This document shows, one piece after another, positions 18,051 through 28,793 of a DNA stretch of 45,505 nucleotides; position 1 is the stretch's first letter, and each line of letters starts with the position of its first letter. Under the pieces are notes generated by a model. It ran no database searches, was not told the origin of the DNA, and was given only the letters and a program-made list of their open reading frames with translations. The stretch is from Fodinibius sp. (GTDB taxonomy: Bacteria; Bacteroidota; Rhodothermia; Balneolales; Balneolaceae), in the NCBI GenBank assembly GCA_035300985.1, contig DATGUX010000414.1, positions 1 through 45,505 on the forward strand. The letters run 5' to 3'. A program made the translations under genes and the position numbers.

Positions 18051-20420
18051 TTATGACCCTCCTTTTTCGGCCGCTATAACATTTTTGATGCCTTTTATAA
18101 GCGCATCTGGATTAAAAGAGATGCTATCAATATTCTGCTGAACCAAGAACGTTGCGATATCGGGGAAATCGCTTGGAGCCTGACCGCAGAGACCTATTTT
18201 CTTTCCCGCTTTTTGGGCTTTTTGAATCGCCATAGCTATGGTTTCTTTTACTTGGGCATTATGTTCATCGAAGATACTGCTGACCAAATCAGAATCACGA
18301 TCTACTCCCAACACAAGCTGCGTTAGGTCATTGGAGCCGATGGAAAACCCATCAAAAACTTCAGCGAACCGTTCTGCTCCGATGACATTGGATGGGAGCT
18401 CGGACATCACATAAATCTCCAGCCCGTTTTCTCCCTGTTTTAAATGGTATTCGCTCATAACATCCAACACCTTTTCCCCCTCTTCTACGGTTCGGCAGAA
18501 AGGGATCATAAGCTTCACGTTTTCCAGCCCCATGTCTTCGCGGACCACTCGCATTGCTTGACATTCCAGTCGAAAAGCCTCCCGATAATTTTCATGATGA
18601 TAGCGGGCTGCTCCCCGAAACCCCAGCATGGGGTTTGCCTCTTTCGTTTCAAACTGTTCCCCTCCCACTAAGCCGGCGTATTCATTGGATTTGAAATCAC
18701 TCATCCTTACAATAACCGGCCGCGGATAGAAACATGCTGCAATGGTACCAACAGCCATCGAAAGTTTTTCAATAAAATAGTTTTTCTTATCCTTCCATGC
18801 CGCAGTTAACTTGCTGATCTGGTCTTGTACTTCTTCATTTTTCAGCTCATCATACTTTGCCAGTGCCATAGGATGGATCTTAATGGTATTATTAATAGCA
18901 AACTCCAAACGCAGAAGTCCTACCCCGTCCACCGGATAGTCGGCATATTGGTAGCCGGAGTGGGGATCAGCCAGAATAAGCATGATTTCGGTCTCCGGGT
19001 CGCCCAGTTTATCTGGGCTTATCTCTTTCTCATCCCATTCAAGGATCCCTTCATATATTTTACCTTGTTGTCCTTCCGCAGCGGATACGGTTACCTCCTG
19101 GCCGTCCTCTATCGTTTCTGTAGCGTTTTTTGTTCCTACTACAGCGACTGTTTCCAGCTCTCTGGCAACAATGGCAGCGTGGCTGGTCCTTCCACCGCTG
19201 TCAGTGATAATGGCAGATGCCTTTTTGATAATTGGATCCCAATCGGGATTAGTGATTTTTGCCACCAGCACCTCCCCCTCTTGTAATTGGTCCGCCTCCT
19301 CGGGAGAATGAAGTATTCTGGCTTTGCCAGCTGCTATTTTGTCTCCGATAGCATGGCCGGCTGTAATCACCTCACCTTCTGTTTCCAACGAGTATTGTTT
19401 TAATCCCTGTTTATCCTGAGCGGAATGGACCGTCTCCGGCCTTGCCTGTACAACAAAAAGTTTATCCAGTTTCCCGTCCTTTGCCCATTCAATATCTTGG
19501 GGTTTTCCGTAATGATCCTCAATTTTCGCACACCAGCGGGCAAGGGTGGTGACTTCTTCATCAGAGAGAGAAAAGGTATGTCGCTTCTCCTCTGGGGTGT
19601 CTTCATTTTTGGTACCTTCTTCGGCATAGACCATGGTTTTTTCCTTAGTTCCAAGCTCTTTGGAAAGAATTGCTTTTTTGTTCTCTTTCAGATTCCTTTT
19701 ATAGATATAAAACTGGTCTCCCTGCACAACTCCACCAACAACGTTGTCCCCAAGCCCCCAGCTCGAATTGATAAACACCACGTCATCAAAGCCGGTATCT
19801 GGTTCAATGGTAAAGGCTACCCCAGCTGAAGCCAGATCCGATCGCACCATCTTCTGTATACCTGCAGAAAGCCCAATATCCATGTGATCGAAGCCATTAT
19901 CTTCGCGATATTTGATAGCCCGGTCGGTAAATAGTGAGGCATAACATTTTTTCACTGTTTCCACTAGTTTATCTTCGTCTTTTATGTTCATAAATGAATC
20001 ATGCTGGCCGGCAAAACTGGCTTCGGGCAGGTCTTCGGCGGTAGCACTGCTTCGGACAGCAACCCCCGATAATTCTTTCGTTCTTTTTTTTAGTTCTTTA
20101 TAAGCTTGCTTAATAGCATGAACCAGCTCTTCTGGCATTTCCGCCTGTATAATCTTATTTCTTAATTTCTTTCCGGTTTTCTCAAGGTTGGAATATTCTT
20201 TTTTGTCGAGCTTATCCAGAAGATCAGCGAGCTCTTGGTGTAGATTATTATGATCTATAAACATCCAGTATGCATCTGCCGTCGTGGCAAAACCGTCAGG
20301 GATATTTATTTCTTCCGATTCCAGCTCTGAAACCATTTCACCAAGGGAGGCATTTTTTCCGCCTACTGTTGCTGTATCGTCGTTACTTATTTCATGTAAA
20401 GCCAGTATAATGTTTTTCAT
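18051..20420 (-). CDS. ppsA: Phosphoenolpyruvate synthase
   Basis: VGGKNASLGEM, AVRSSATAEDLP.ASFAGQ, GGRTSHAAIVARE, DGFSIGSNDLTQL, GLCGQAPSD. Confidence 0.95.
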   Translation of the reverse strand: MKNIILALHEISNDDTATVGGKNASLGEMVSELESEEINIPDGFATTADAYWMFIDHNNLHQELADLLDKLDKKEYSNLEKTGKKLRNKIIQAEMPEELVHAIKQAYKELKKRTKELSGVAVRSSATAEDLPEASFAGQHDSFMNIKDEDKLVETVKKCYASLFTDRAIKYREDNGFDHMDIGLSAGIQKMVRSDLASAGVAFTIEPDTGFDDVVFINSSWGLGDNVVGGVVQGDQFYIYKRNLKENKKAILSKELGTKEKTMVYAEEGTKNEDTPEEKRHTFSLSDEEVTTLARWCAKIEDHYGKPQDIEWAKDGKLDKLFVVQARPETVHSAQDKQGLKQYSLETEGEVITAGHAIGDKIAAGKARILHSPEEADQLQEGEVLVAKITNPDWDPIIKKASAIITDSGGRTSHAAIVARELETVAVVGTKNATETIEDGQEVTVSAAEGQQGKIYEGILEWDEKEISPDKLGDPETEIMLILADPHSGYQYADYPVDGVGLLRLEFAINNTIKIHPMALAKYDELKNEEVQDQISKLTAAWKDKKNYFIEKLSMAVGTIAACFYPRPVIVRMSDFKSNEYAGLVGGEQFETKEANPMLGFRGAARYHHENYREAFRLECQAMRVVREDMGLENVKLMIPFCRTVEEGEKVLDVMSEYHLKQGENGLEIYVMSELPSNVIGAERFAEVFDGFSIGSNDLTQLVLGVDRDSDLVSSIFDEHNAQVKETIAMAIQKAQKAGKKIGLCGQAPSDFPDIATFLVQQNIDSISFNPDALIKGIKNVIAAEKGGS

Positions 20421-20450
20421 AACGGGATTATTTTTCCTTTATATCTGTAT

Positions 20451-21551
20451 TTATGAGGAGATTCCAAACCAGTGTTTTATTCGTTCTGATGGTTTAGCAT
20501 CATTCGTGTCTCGGGTATCGCCAATAAGATAGGCGTAAGGCTCCAAGACCTTTATATGGCTGAAAACTATTTTCACCATGCCCAGCAGGGGAATAGCTAA
20601 AATCATCCCTGGAATGCCCCAAAGAAGCCAGCCAATTATAATGATAACGACGGTAAAGAAGGGATGAATATCTACTCTATGCCCTACAATGAGTGGTTGT
20701 AACAGGTAACTTTCAATAAATTGCGTTAAGATAACCACGATAAATATGGTTATATACAGCGAAACTCCGCCGCCCTGAGCCATAGCCATCAACAAAAAAA
20801 GAGCTAGGCTTATCATGTTGCCAATGTAGGGGATGATACTTAACAAAGCGGCGATCAGCGAGAGAAAAATAGCGTTATACAGCCCCGCCAGGGCCAAGCC
20901 TATGGAGTAACATACAGTCAGTATAAGTATGAGAATCCCCCGCCCAATCATATACTGTTGGGCCACCCGGCTCGATTCTGCGATAATATGGCGTGCTCGT
21001 TCTTTTTGATGCTCCGAAACTACTTTCGTAATAAAGGTGGGAAATCTCGACCGGTAGTACAGAAGCAGAAACATATAAACCAAGACGAGCACCACATTGG
21101 CCAATATTCCAGTAAGAGAATTAAGAAAACTAACAATCATTGATCCGACTTTTCCATCCTCGGGGGAGCCATCTTTAACGGCTTGTTTTTGTTGTTCGGG
21201 AGAGATACCAAAACGCTCATGCATCAATTCTTGAATTGATTGCAGTTGTTTATTAAGGTGTTGTTCAATTTTAGGAAGATCGTCTCTGAAATTAGCTATC
21301 TGTGTGGACAGCAGTCCCGCGATTCCGGCAAAAAACAGGAGCAGCAGTAGAATACATAAAAAGGAAGCAATACCGTTATGGACTCCCCAGGATTCCAGTT
21401 TGACACAAAAGGGCGCCATAAGCATCGCAAGGATGCCCGCAAATGCCAACGGTATCAAAAAAGTAGCTGCCAGGTACAGCCCGCCAAATACCAAAAAGAG
21501 TAGAACCAGAACCAGATTAAACTTTAGGAGCGGATGCAACTTTTCAATCAT
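20451..21551 (-). CDS. AI-2E family transporter
   Basis: Multi-TM protein; IPYIG, QFIESYLLQPLIVG, LWGIPGMILAIP. Confidence 0.9.
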   Translation of the reverse strand: MIEKLHPLLKFNLVLVLLFLVFGGLYLAATFLIPLAFAGILAMLMAPFCVKLESWGVHNGIASFLCILLLLLFFAGIAGLLSTQIANFRDDLPKIEQHLNKQLQSIQELMHERFGISPEQQKQAVKDGSPEDGKVGSMIVSFLNSLTGILANVVLVLVYMFLLLYYRSRFPTFITKVVSEHQKERARHIIAESSRVAQQYMIGRGILILILTVCYSIGLALAGLYNAIFLSLIAALLSIIPYIGNMISLALFLLMAMAQGGGVSLYITIFIVVILTQFIESYLLQPLIVGHRVDIHPFFTVVIIIIGWLLWGIPGMILAIPLLGMVKIVFSHIKVLEPYAYLIGDTRDTNDAKPSERIKHWFGISS

Positions 21552-21864
21552 AGCAAATGTTGGTTAAAACAGCGATTTTCGGGAATATTCCATTATCCTA
21601 CCCTCTAATACAGATAAGCGATTTCCCTGCCTTATTAAATCGCTTGTCTCTTTTGGCTTCATAAAACTTGTTGTTGATAGTTGCCTAAAGAGATTTCAGG
21701 GCTAACCGCCAGTATATTACGACCTCAGGTGGGATTATAGGTTTGTTGCTCGGAAAAATTTATAACCGGCGGGTAGGCCATCCTCGAATTTCGTTGTTGT
21801 TACCTTGATAGTAAGAGTATAATAATATACGGGAATATCAAGGTAGTATATTACAGTTATTTTC

Positions 21865-21883
21865 TGTAGCTAATATTACTACA
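21865..21883. promoter_or_regulatory. Perfect box TGTAG-CTAATATTA-CTACA
   Basis: Intergenic, upstream of the AI-2E/ppsA operon; GGTAG half-site 23 bp away at 21842. Confidence 0.65.
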
Positions 21884-22093
21884 CTGGAAGGTTGGACTGG
21901 ATCAAACTGGAATACTTAAGAAAGATTATCGACATAATCAGAGATCCCTACCCTATAAGGATATGAATGGTATTTGTAACTTTGTGTTCACTTTAGGATG
22001 GCCTATAATCCGAATACGAGCTTTATAGTTCTAAAGGTAACAGAGCACATGCGCCAATTATTGGATGTGGAGATTATTTGCGATAGGCGACCT

Positions 22094-22132
22094 AAAAAAA
22101 GCTGTCTCCCCATCGAATGCCGGAGAGACAGC
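22094..22132 (-). terminator. Intrinsic terminator of the aldehyde dehydrogenase gene
   Basis: GCTGTCTC...GAGACAGC stem followed by a U7 tract on the minus strand, just after the stop. Confidence 0.7.
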
Positions 22133-22143
22133 GCCGCATCCAA

Positions 22144-23550
22144 TTAGTGGCCTATACTTTCATCAAACTTCATGATGGCCTTAGCGTTCGCAAACTCTTT
22201 GACGCCAAAACCCCCATGCTCGCGGCCATAGCCGGAATCTTTGACCCCGCCAAAGGGCATATCGGGCTGGGGTACATTATAGTTGTTAATAAAGACCATA
22301 CCCGTATCAAAGTGGTTCCGCGCCAAATCGAAGGCTTTGTCCTCGTCTTCGGAGAAAATGCCCCCGCCGAGTCCAAATCGACTGTCATTAGCTATTCGCA
22401 TGGCGTCTTCATCGTCTTCGGCCCGGATAAGGGCGGAGACAGGCCCAAATAGCTCCTCCTCATAGGCGGGCTGGCCGGGTTGGACGTTATCTAATACGGT
22501 AGCGGGGTAGTAAAAGCCGGGTTGGCCCAGCTTCTGGCCTCCGCAGAGCACCGTGGCGCCTTTTTCTACGCTTTCTTGTACCTGGTCAATCAATTTCTCC
22601 CATAAATCCTCCCGCGAGATCGGCCCAATATCCACCTCGTCGCTGGTTGGATCACCGGTCCTCAGTCCTTCCATCTCCTCGACATACTTATCCCGAAATT
22701 CCTCATACACCTCGTCGACGACAATAAAACGTTTGGCGGCAATACACGATTCACCATTATTATAGATGCGCCCCGTCACGCAGGCCCGGGCCGCATGGGC
22801 TACATCTGCATCCGAGAGGATCAGGTGTGCATCATTTGAGCCAAGTTCAAGTACCGTTTTTTTGATGTTCGAAGCTGCTTTTCCGGCAACCGTGCTGCCT
22901 GATTGGGTGCTCCCGGTAAAAGTAACCCCACGGACTTTATCGTGGGCAATAATATCATCGGATTGATCGTGGCTAATGCGCAGTACCGTAAACAGGTCTT
23001 CAGGTACGCCGGCCTCTTCCAATATATCTTTGATCAATAGCGCCGATCCGGTCACCGATTCAGCGTGCTTGAGCAGTACCCCATTGCCCGTCATAAGGTT
23101 AGCTACTCCAAAACGAATGGCCTGATAGGCCGGCCAGTTCCAGGGCTGAATGCTATAGATGACTCCAATAGGCGAATAGGTAATGGTACCGCGGCCGCCG
23201 TTCATCAGCTCGCGCTGCTCGTCCTTCAGGGCGTCCGGCCCGTTTTCAGCCGTCCAGTTGCAAATAGCTGATACTAAATCCACTTCCTCCCTGCTATGGG
23301 TCAGTAGCTTCCCCATCTCCCGGGTCATAAGTTTCGCCAGCTCTTCCTTATGCTGCTGCAGGTTATCGGCCACATCGGCTATAATGGCTGCGCGATGCTC
23401 AACTGGCTGGTGCTTCCACTCTAAAAAGGCACTGTGGCAATCTTCGACTGCTCGGTTCACCTCTCCATCGCTCATCAATGGGTAGCGTTTAATCTCTTCT
23501 CCCGTTGCGGGATTAATGGTCATAATTTCTTTTTCATTCGTTGTTATCAT
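22144..23550 (-). CDS. NAD(P)-dependent succinate-semialdehyde dehydrogenase-like aldehyde dehydrogenase (Sad/GabD family)
   Basis: QPWNWP, LKHA, FTGS, LELGSND, GESCIAAKR, EELFGP, PFGGVKDSGYGRE. Confidence 0.9.
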   Translation of the reverse strand: MITTNEKEIMTINPATGEEIKRYPLMSDGEVNRAVEDCHSAFLEWKHQPVEHRAAIIADVADNLQQHKEELAKLMTREMGKLLTHSREEVDLVSAICNWTAENGPDALKDEQRELMNGGRGTITYSPIGVIYSIQPWNWPAYQAIRFGVANLMTGNGVLLKHAESVTGSALLIKDILEEAGVPEDLFTVLRISHDQSDDIIAHDKVRGVTFTGSTQSGSTVAGKAASNIKKTVLELGSNDAHLILSDADVAHAARACVTGRIYNNGESCIAAKRFIVVDEVYEEFRDKYVEEMEGLRTGDPTSDEVDIGPISREDLWEKLIDQVQESVEKGATVLCGGQKLGQPGFYYPATVLDNVQPGQPAYEEELFGPVSALIRAEDDEDAMRIANDSRFGLGGGIFSEDEDKAFDLARNHFDTGMVFINNYNVPQPDMPFGGVKDSGYGREHGGFGVKEFANAKAIMKFDESIGH

Positions 23551-23744
23551 AATACAACCTCTCTTATTTTATTTACAAATAATGTGCTTTAAATGCTTGC
23601 CCATCGCGGCGGCTGGACCAGCCTGCAGAGGGCAAATCCAGTGCTCTGATGAGTGATGCAGATAAGGTCCTTTGAACCGATAACATGAGCGCTACAGACG
23701 GCGTTCCAAGGGGCTCAATTAAAGGGAGTGGTTTGACTTTGCTT

Positions 23745-25037
23745 TCAATCTTGTCCCTCCGGCTCTTCGCCGGCGGCCAACTCTTCTGACGGGCGTATGA
23801 TCATACCCAGCGACTGATCGCGCATAAAGTAAGCGGTGGTCCAGTTCCATATCGTTTTAATCCGGTTCCGGTAACTAATCAATTCAAAGAGGTGTACAAA
23901 CAGCCACATCATCGAAGCAAACCAGCCGGTAATGGTTTTGTTGGGGATCGTTAGATCTGCCGTTGCCGTGCGGCTGCCAATTATAGCCATCGCCCCTTTA
24001 TTAAAGTAGTGGAAAGCGGACAACTCTTTATCATTCCTCATAGCAAGGACGTTGCCCGCCAGCGTCTTTCCCTGCTGCATCGCTACATTCGCCAGCTGTG
24101 GATGGCCTTCCGGGAAGTCTTCATCGCTTTTCTGAATACAGGTATCGCCAATGGCATAAACGCTGTCCAGCCCCTGTACCTTATTATATTTATCTACCAG
24201 TAACCGATTGCCGGGGCCGTAGCAATCGCTGGGAATGCCCTCAAACCGTAATGCGGTTACGCCGGCAGCCCAAATCAGTGTTTCAGTTTGGATGGTATCA
24301 CCGCCTTTGAAATACACGGTATCGTTTTTATAATCCTGTACCATCTTTTCAAGGCCAATGCGAACGCCCATTTCTTTCAGCGTTTTATAGGCGTAATCCT
24401 GTGACTTCTCGCGCATCGGCGGCAATACGGCGGGGGCCGCATCAACAAGGAAGATATCCAGCTTGTGTTCCTGAAGCTCCGGATATATTTTTTCCATAAT
24501 GGTATTCCTCATTTCCGCCAGCATGCCGGCCACTTCCACCCCGGTAGGCCCGGCTCCCGATATAACCAGATTGCGCAGCTTGGCCTTTTTCCGAGGGTCA
24601 TCCGTGAAGGTTGCTTCTTCGGCCTTTTGCAACAAATAGTTGCGTATATTAATAGCATCATCTATCATTTTCATCGGGAGGGCATTCTTCTCGATGTTCT
24701 CCATGCCAAAAAAGTTACTTTTGGTACCCGTGGCAATGACGAGCATGTCATAGGCCAGCTCACCGGTAGAAAGCAGTATTTTTTGGGCCCCGGGCATAAC
24801 TTCCCGGAGCTCCCCTAATCGAAATTGAATATTTTTTTTATCCATAAAAAGGGACCGGTAAGGAGAGGAAATGTTCGATACTTCCAAAAATCCCGTGGCC
24901 AGCTGGTACAGCAAGGGCGTAAAATAATTATAGTTATTCCGATCAACCAGCGTTATCTGGATGCCCTCTTTGTTTGCAAGCTTTTGTGCCATACTCATGC
25001 CGGCAAAACCGCCGCCTATGATAACGATCTTCTTCAC
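23745..25037 (-). CDS. ndh: Type II NADH dehydrogenase
   Basis: GGGFAG and GAGPTGVEVAG Rossmann motifs, PLLYQ, IGD, PQLANVAMQQG; likely GTG start at 25037 behind AGGA. Confidence 0.88.
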   Translation of the reverse strand: MKKIVIIGGGFAGMSMAQKLANKEGIQITLVDRNNYNYFTPLLYQLATGFLEVSNISSPYRSLFMDKKNIQFRLGELREVMPGAQKILLSTGELAYDMLVIATGTKSNFFGMENIEKNALPMKMIDDAINIRNYLLQKAEEATFTDDPRKKAKLRNLVISGAGPTGVEVAGMLAEMRNTIMEKIYPELQEHKLDIFLVDAAPAVLPPMREKSQDYAYKTLKEMGVRIGLEKMVQDYKNDTVYFKGGDTIQTETLIWAAGVTALRFEGIPSDCYGPGNRLLVDKYNKVQGLDSVYAIGDTCIQKSDEDFPEGHPQLANVAMQQGKTLAGNVLAMRNDKELSAFHYFNKGAMAIIGSRTATADLTIPNKTITGWFASMMWLFVHLFELISYRNRIKTIWNWTTAYFMRDQSLGMIIRPSEELAAGEEPEGQD

Positions 25038-25422
25038 TTTATTCCTGACTTTATATTCATACTGCCCAGACTGATCTTTCTCCAGCGAGCAGCTCCTCGG
25101 GATTATTAACAACGATGCAATAAACCTTTGGAAGCTGTGCTGTACTACAACAAGGTTTGGCGTGATTCATTCCAACATAAGAAATTGGATGTGTACTCGA
25201 TCTAATTACCAGGATCTTTTAACCTATAGATATAGTAAGCATATCCCGGCCGGTTTAGTGGTACCAAGTTTGGCTGGCAAGTCGGCAGGCTAAATGCTGG
25301 CCAAAGGGTCGCAAAATGGACCAGCTTCCACTAACGGGCTTTTAGGCCGCCTTATTATGACAATAGCCTTCCCCTCCATCCCTCCGGTATAACTTGTAAT
25401 TATCAGAGAATGGCTGCTATTA

Positions 25423-26430
25423 TTAACCCTGCTTGAATTGGCCGGCCTTGAAGGTCTTCATAAGGTAGTACAAAAAAGGTAAAATAATAGCGGCGCCAAC
25501 TATAAGGGCAATAACAAGCTGCAGCATGGTAGCCGGCGGGGCCGCTGCGCTGTAGACCGTAAGCGGCGGATCGGAGGCTCCCATATTAATAACAACGGGA
25601 TGCTGCACCCAAAACCACGCGAACAAAATCAGTACGACCTGAGCTCCGGCAAGCAAGCGCGACCAAAGCACCCAGGAGTGTTGCAGGCTTATCCACAGTA
25701 CAGGTAACAGAAGCGTTGTTACTACAAGACTGCCAAGCGAAACGGGAGATTCCCCAAAAAGAGCTAAGAGCGGCAGTCCGTTCCACTCTGCTGCTATAAA
25801 CACTCCACCCCCTACCACCACCGCGGCCATATTAAGCTGCTTGCCCGCACGGATAAAAGCTTTGCGCTCGGGTTCCTCATCGGTTTCACCAATCATATAC
25901 ACCGCGGCCAAAAAGGTAAAGAGCACCAGACAGAACAGGCCCACTGACAAGGAAAAAAGGTTGAGCCATGGGCTAATGAAGGCTTCGGAGAAACTTTCCG
26001 CCTCGGGATTAATACGGCCAAGCATGGCTGCACCTACAATCATACCCAAAAACAAAGGCGTGATGATGCTCGATATTTTGAATACGGCGTCATAGACGCG
26101 GCTGCTTTGGTCCTTAATGGCATCATAATGCATAAAGGTAAAAGCGGTGCCTCTAAAAATAATACCCACCAACATCAGTAGGAGCGGAATGTGCAAATAA
26201 AGCGACATGGCTGAATAAATAGAAGGGAAACCCATAAAAAGGATCACCACAACCAGCACCAGCCACACATGATTGGCCTCCCATACCGGTCCGATAGCAT
26301 CGGCAACTACCTGGCGATGCCGCCGACCGGTAATATATTCAAGCACGCCGGCGCCAAAGTCAGCCCCGGCAAAAAGCACGTAGAAAACGATGGATAAAGC
26401 CAGGAAAAATATGACGATATTTGTCAGCAT
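25423..26430 (-). CDS. cydB: Cytochrome bd ubiquinol oxidase subunit II
   Basis: GADFGAG, IGPVWEANHVWL. Confidence 0.93.
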   Translation of the reverse strand: MLTNIVIFFLALSIVFYVLFAGADFGAGVLEYITGRRHRQVVADAIGPVWEANHVWLVLVVVILFMGFPSIYSAMSLYLHIPLLLMLVGIIFRGTAFTFMHYDAIKDQSSRVYDAVFKISSIITPLFLGMIVGAAMLGRINPEAESFSEAFISPWLNLFSLSVGLFCLVLFTFLAAVYMIGETDEEPERKAFIRAGKQLNMAAVVVGGGVFIAAEWNGLPLLALFGESPVSLGSLVVTTLLLPVLWISLQHSWVLWSRLLAGAQVVLILFAWFWVQHPVVINMGASDPPLTVYSAAAPPATMLQLVIALIVGAAIILPFLYYLMKTFKAGQFKQG

Positions 26431-26490
26431 ATGTCAATATACTCTACATCAGTGAAGGATTATCTTAATTCCAAGGGTTCTTAATTTTAT

Positions 26491-27816
26491 CTAATCTTCG
26501 GTAGTATTGGCCGAAGCATAGCGCCCGCTCAGCGTAATAATTTGCCGGTACATCAGCCAAACAACGATAGCAGAGAGCAACAGGTACAGCCCGGTAATCA
26601 TATAAAACGAATACTGCAGGCCCGGCATCGGTGACAGGGCATCTTTGGTTTTCATGATGCCGTAAATGATCCACGGCTGCCGTCCCACCTCGGTGACGGT
26701 CCATCCTGCCTCGACGGCGATAAAACCGAGCGGCATGCAGGCCCCAACCAGCCAGAGAAACCACCTTTTTCGGATAGTTTCCTTTTTTCTCCAGAGAAAA
26801 TAAAAATAGAGCCCCCCGACGCCCATCATCAGCAGGCCTGCCCCCACCATAATTTGAAAGGCAATGTGCGTAATCAGCACCGGCGGCCAGTCTTTGCGGG
26901 GGATTTGATCTAGCCCGGTTACTTTAGCATTGAAGTCGCCATGCGCCAGGAAGCTGAGCAGGTATGGAATTTCAATGTCATAATCCACTTCTCGGTTTTC
27001 TACATCCGGAATACCGCCGATAGTGAGCGATGCCGGTTGGGAGGTTTCAAAAAGGGCCTCCATTGCCGCCAGCTTGGCCGGTTGACGTTCAGCGACACCT
27101 TTAGCAGCGTAGTCACCGCTGATCGGTTGCAAGATGGCAGCCAAACCACCCACAACCAGCGCGATTTTCAGTGCTTTCCGGTGAAACAAATTCTTGCGAT
27201 TTTTTAAGAGCAACAGTGCATGCAGGCCGGCTACGGCAAAACCGGTGGCTACAAATGCGGCCAGTGTCATATGCAGCGCCTGCGAAAACCAGGCGTCGTT
27301 AAACATGGCCGCCACCGGATCGATGTTAATCGCTTGGCCGTTCACCCAGTCGAAGCCCGCGGGGCTGTTCATCCAGGCGTTGGCCGCCACTACAAAAATA
27401 CCCGAGGCTACGCCTGAAACCCCTACCACTATGCCGGTCCACCAGTGCACCCACGGGCGAAGCTTGTCCCATCCATAGAGAAAAAGCCCTAACGCAATGG
27501 CTTCCACAAAGAAGGCGGTGCCCTCCCACGAGAAGGGCATTCCAAAAATAGGTCCCGCATGTTCCATAAAGGTAGGCCAGAGCATGCCCAACTCAAAGGA
27601 AAGTACCGTTCCCGATACCGCCCCAGTGGCAAAAAAAATGGCCACTCCTTTCGACCATGCTTTCGCCAGGTCCTGGTACACTTGTTGGCCGGTTTTAATC
27701 CATCGGTACTCCGCGATAGCCATCAAGAACGGCATAGCAATGCCGATGCAAGCAAAAATAATGTGGAAGCCGAGAGATACGGCCATTTGCAGTCGAGCAG
27801 CAAGCAGATCCTCCAT
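26491..27816 (-). CDS. cydA: Cytochrome bd ubiquinol oxidase subunit I (short Q-loop)
   Basis: ARLQMA...FHIIF, GAVSG, QPAKLAAME, GWTVTEVGRQPW; start reassigned to ATG 27816. Confidence 0.93.
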   Translation of the reverse strand: MEDLLAARLQMAVSLGFHIIFACIGIAMPFLMAIAEYRWIKTGQQVYQDLAKAWSKGVAIFFATGAVSGTVLSFELGMLWPTFMEHAGPIFGMPFSWEGTAFFVEAIALGLFLYGWDKLRPWVHWWTGIVVGVSGVASGIFVVAANAWMNSPAGFDWVNGQAINIDPVAAMFNDAWFSQALHMTLAAFVATGFAVAGLHALLLLKNRKNLFHRKALKIALVVGGLAAILQPISGDYAAKGVAERQPAKLAAMEALFETSQPASLTIGGIPDVENREVDYDIEIPYLLSFLAHGDFNAKVTGLDQIPRKDWPPVLITHIAFQIMVGAGLLMMGVGGLYFYFLWRKKETIRKRWFLWLVGACMPLGFIAVEAGWTVTEVGRQPWIIYGIMKTKDALSPMPGLQYSFYMITGLYLLLSAIVVWLMYRQIITLSGRYASANTTED

Positions 27817-28211
27817 AGTAGTGGTATATAGATTAATCAACAGTATACTAATCAATCAAGTTATTATGAAGGAGGTATGAAATTAAATATTCCCGGTCCG
27901 GGTTAGTGTTGCAGATTTAAGAAAGTTCTTATGGTGCACATGACTTACAAGGGAGCCTCTCATAGCCGTTGAGTATACCGTTTAGGTCATAATCGTTTCT
28001 TCCTGCAGGATTATACTTACTTGATAATGTTGACCATCGGGTCTACGATCCAGTATTCGGCAATACTATAGCACTCAAATAGTCTTAATTTTCTGAGCGA
28101 TTGTTTAACCTCAAAGCTATCTCCATTAGAGGCATCCCTAAAAGTCACCCGAGAAAATTGGAATTCAGGCAAAGAGTAATACCGGCTGAAAATTGCTTTG
28201 CAAACAACAGC

Positions 28212-28230
28212 TATAGCAAGTTTAACTACA
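28212..28230. promoter_or_regulatory. Box TATAG-CAAGTTTAA-CTACA
   Basis: In the divergent cydA / PRC-like intergenic region, 167 nt upstream of 28397. Confidence 0.6.
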
Positions 28231-28396
28231 GAGATATCATAGTCCCTTCTATAGTAAAGGTCTCATCATAACTGTACTATAATAACATGCGGTCGAGCAC
28301 TGTCGAAGAGGCAGCAGAGGGATGAAAAAAATGGCCGCCGAGGGTTTAGTTATGGATAGCAAAAATAATAACTCCTGAAATTCAAAGCATTAACCA

Positions 28397-28759
28397 ATGG
28401 ATAAGGCACTACCGGCTAACATACTACGGCAATCAGTGGGCACTTCTGCTCTCAGTTTCCGTGGGGGAATTCTGGGTGATATCGTCGATATATTCTATAA
28501 CAATGCGAAGGAACAACCGGAATATATTATTCTTAAAAGCAGCTTGTTGGAAGGCGCCGCCGACCGTTATTTCGCGATTCCCGCTTTCTCTACCCTGGTG
28601 AGAATCACTGAAAAAGGAGCCGTTGTGTTAAAAGCTGAAAAGCGGGATCTAAGTTTAGCCAGACTTGTACGGGCCAACCGGTGCCCGCGTGCTAACAAAG
28701 CGTTTGACCCTTCCATTCATGAAATTTATCAATATGATGACAGGGCAACCAAAAGCTAA
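28397..28759 (+). CDS. Divergent PRC-barrel-like protein
   Basis: VGT...S.RG.ILGDIVDI...PEYIILK...RYFAIP; paralog of 32701..33081. Confidence 0.65.
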   Translation: MDKALPANILRQSVGTSALSFRGGILGDIVDIFYNNAKEQPEYIILKSSLLEGAADRYFAIPAFSTLVRITEKGAVVLKAEKRDLSLARLVRANRCPRANKAFDPSIHEIYQYDDRATKS

Positions 28760-28793
28760 CCGATATTATATAAAACCATCACCGATTAAATTT

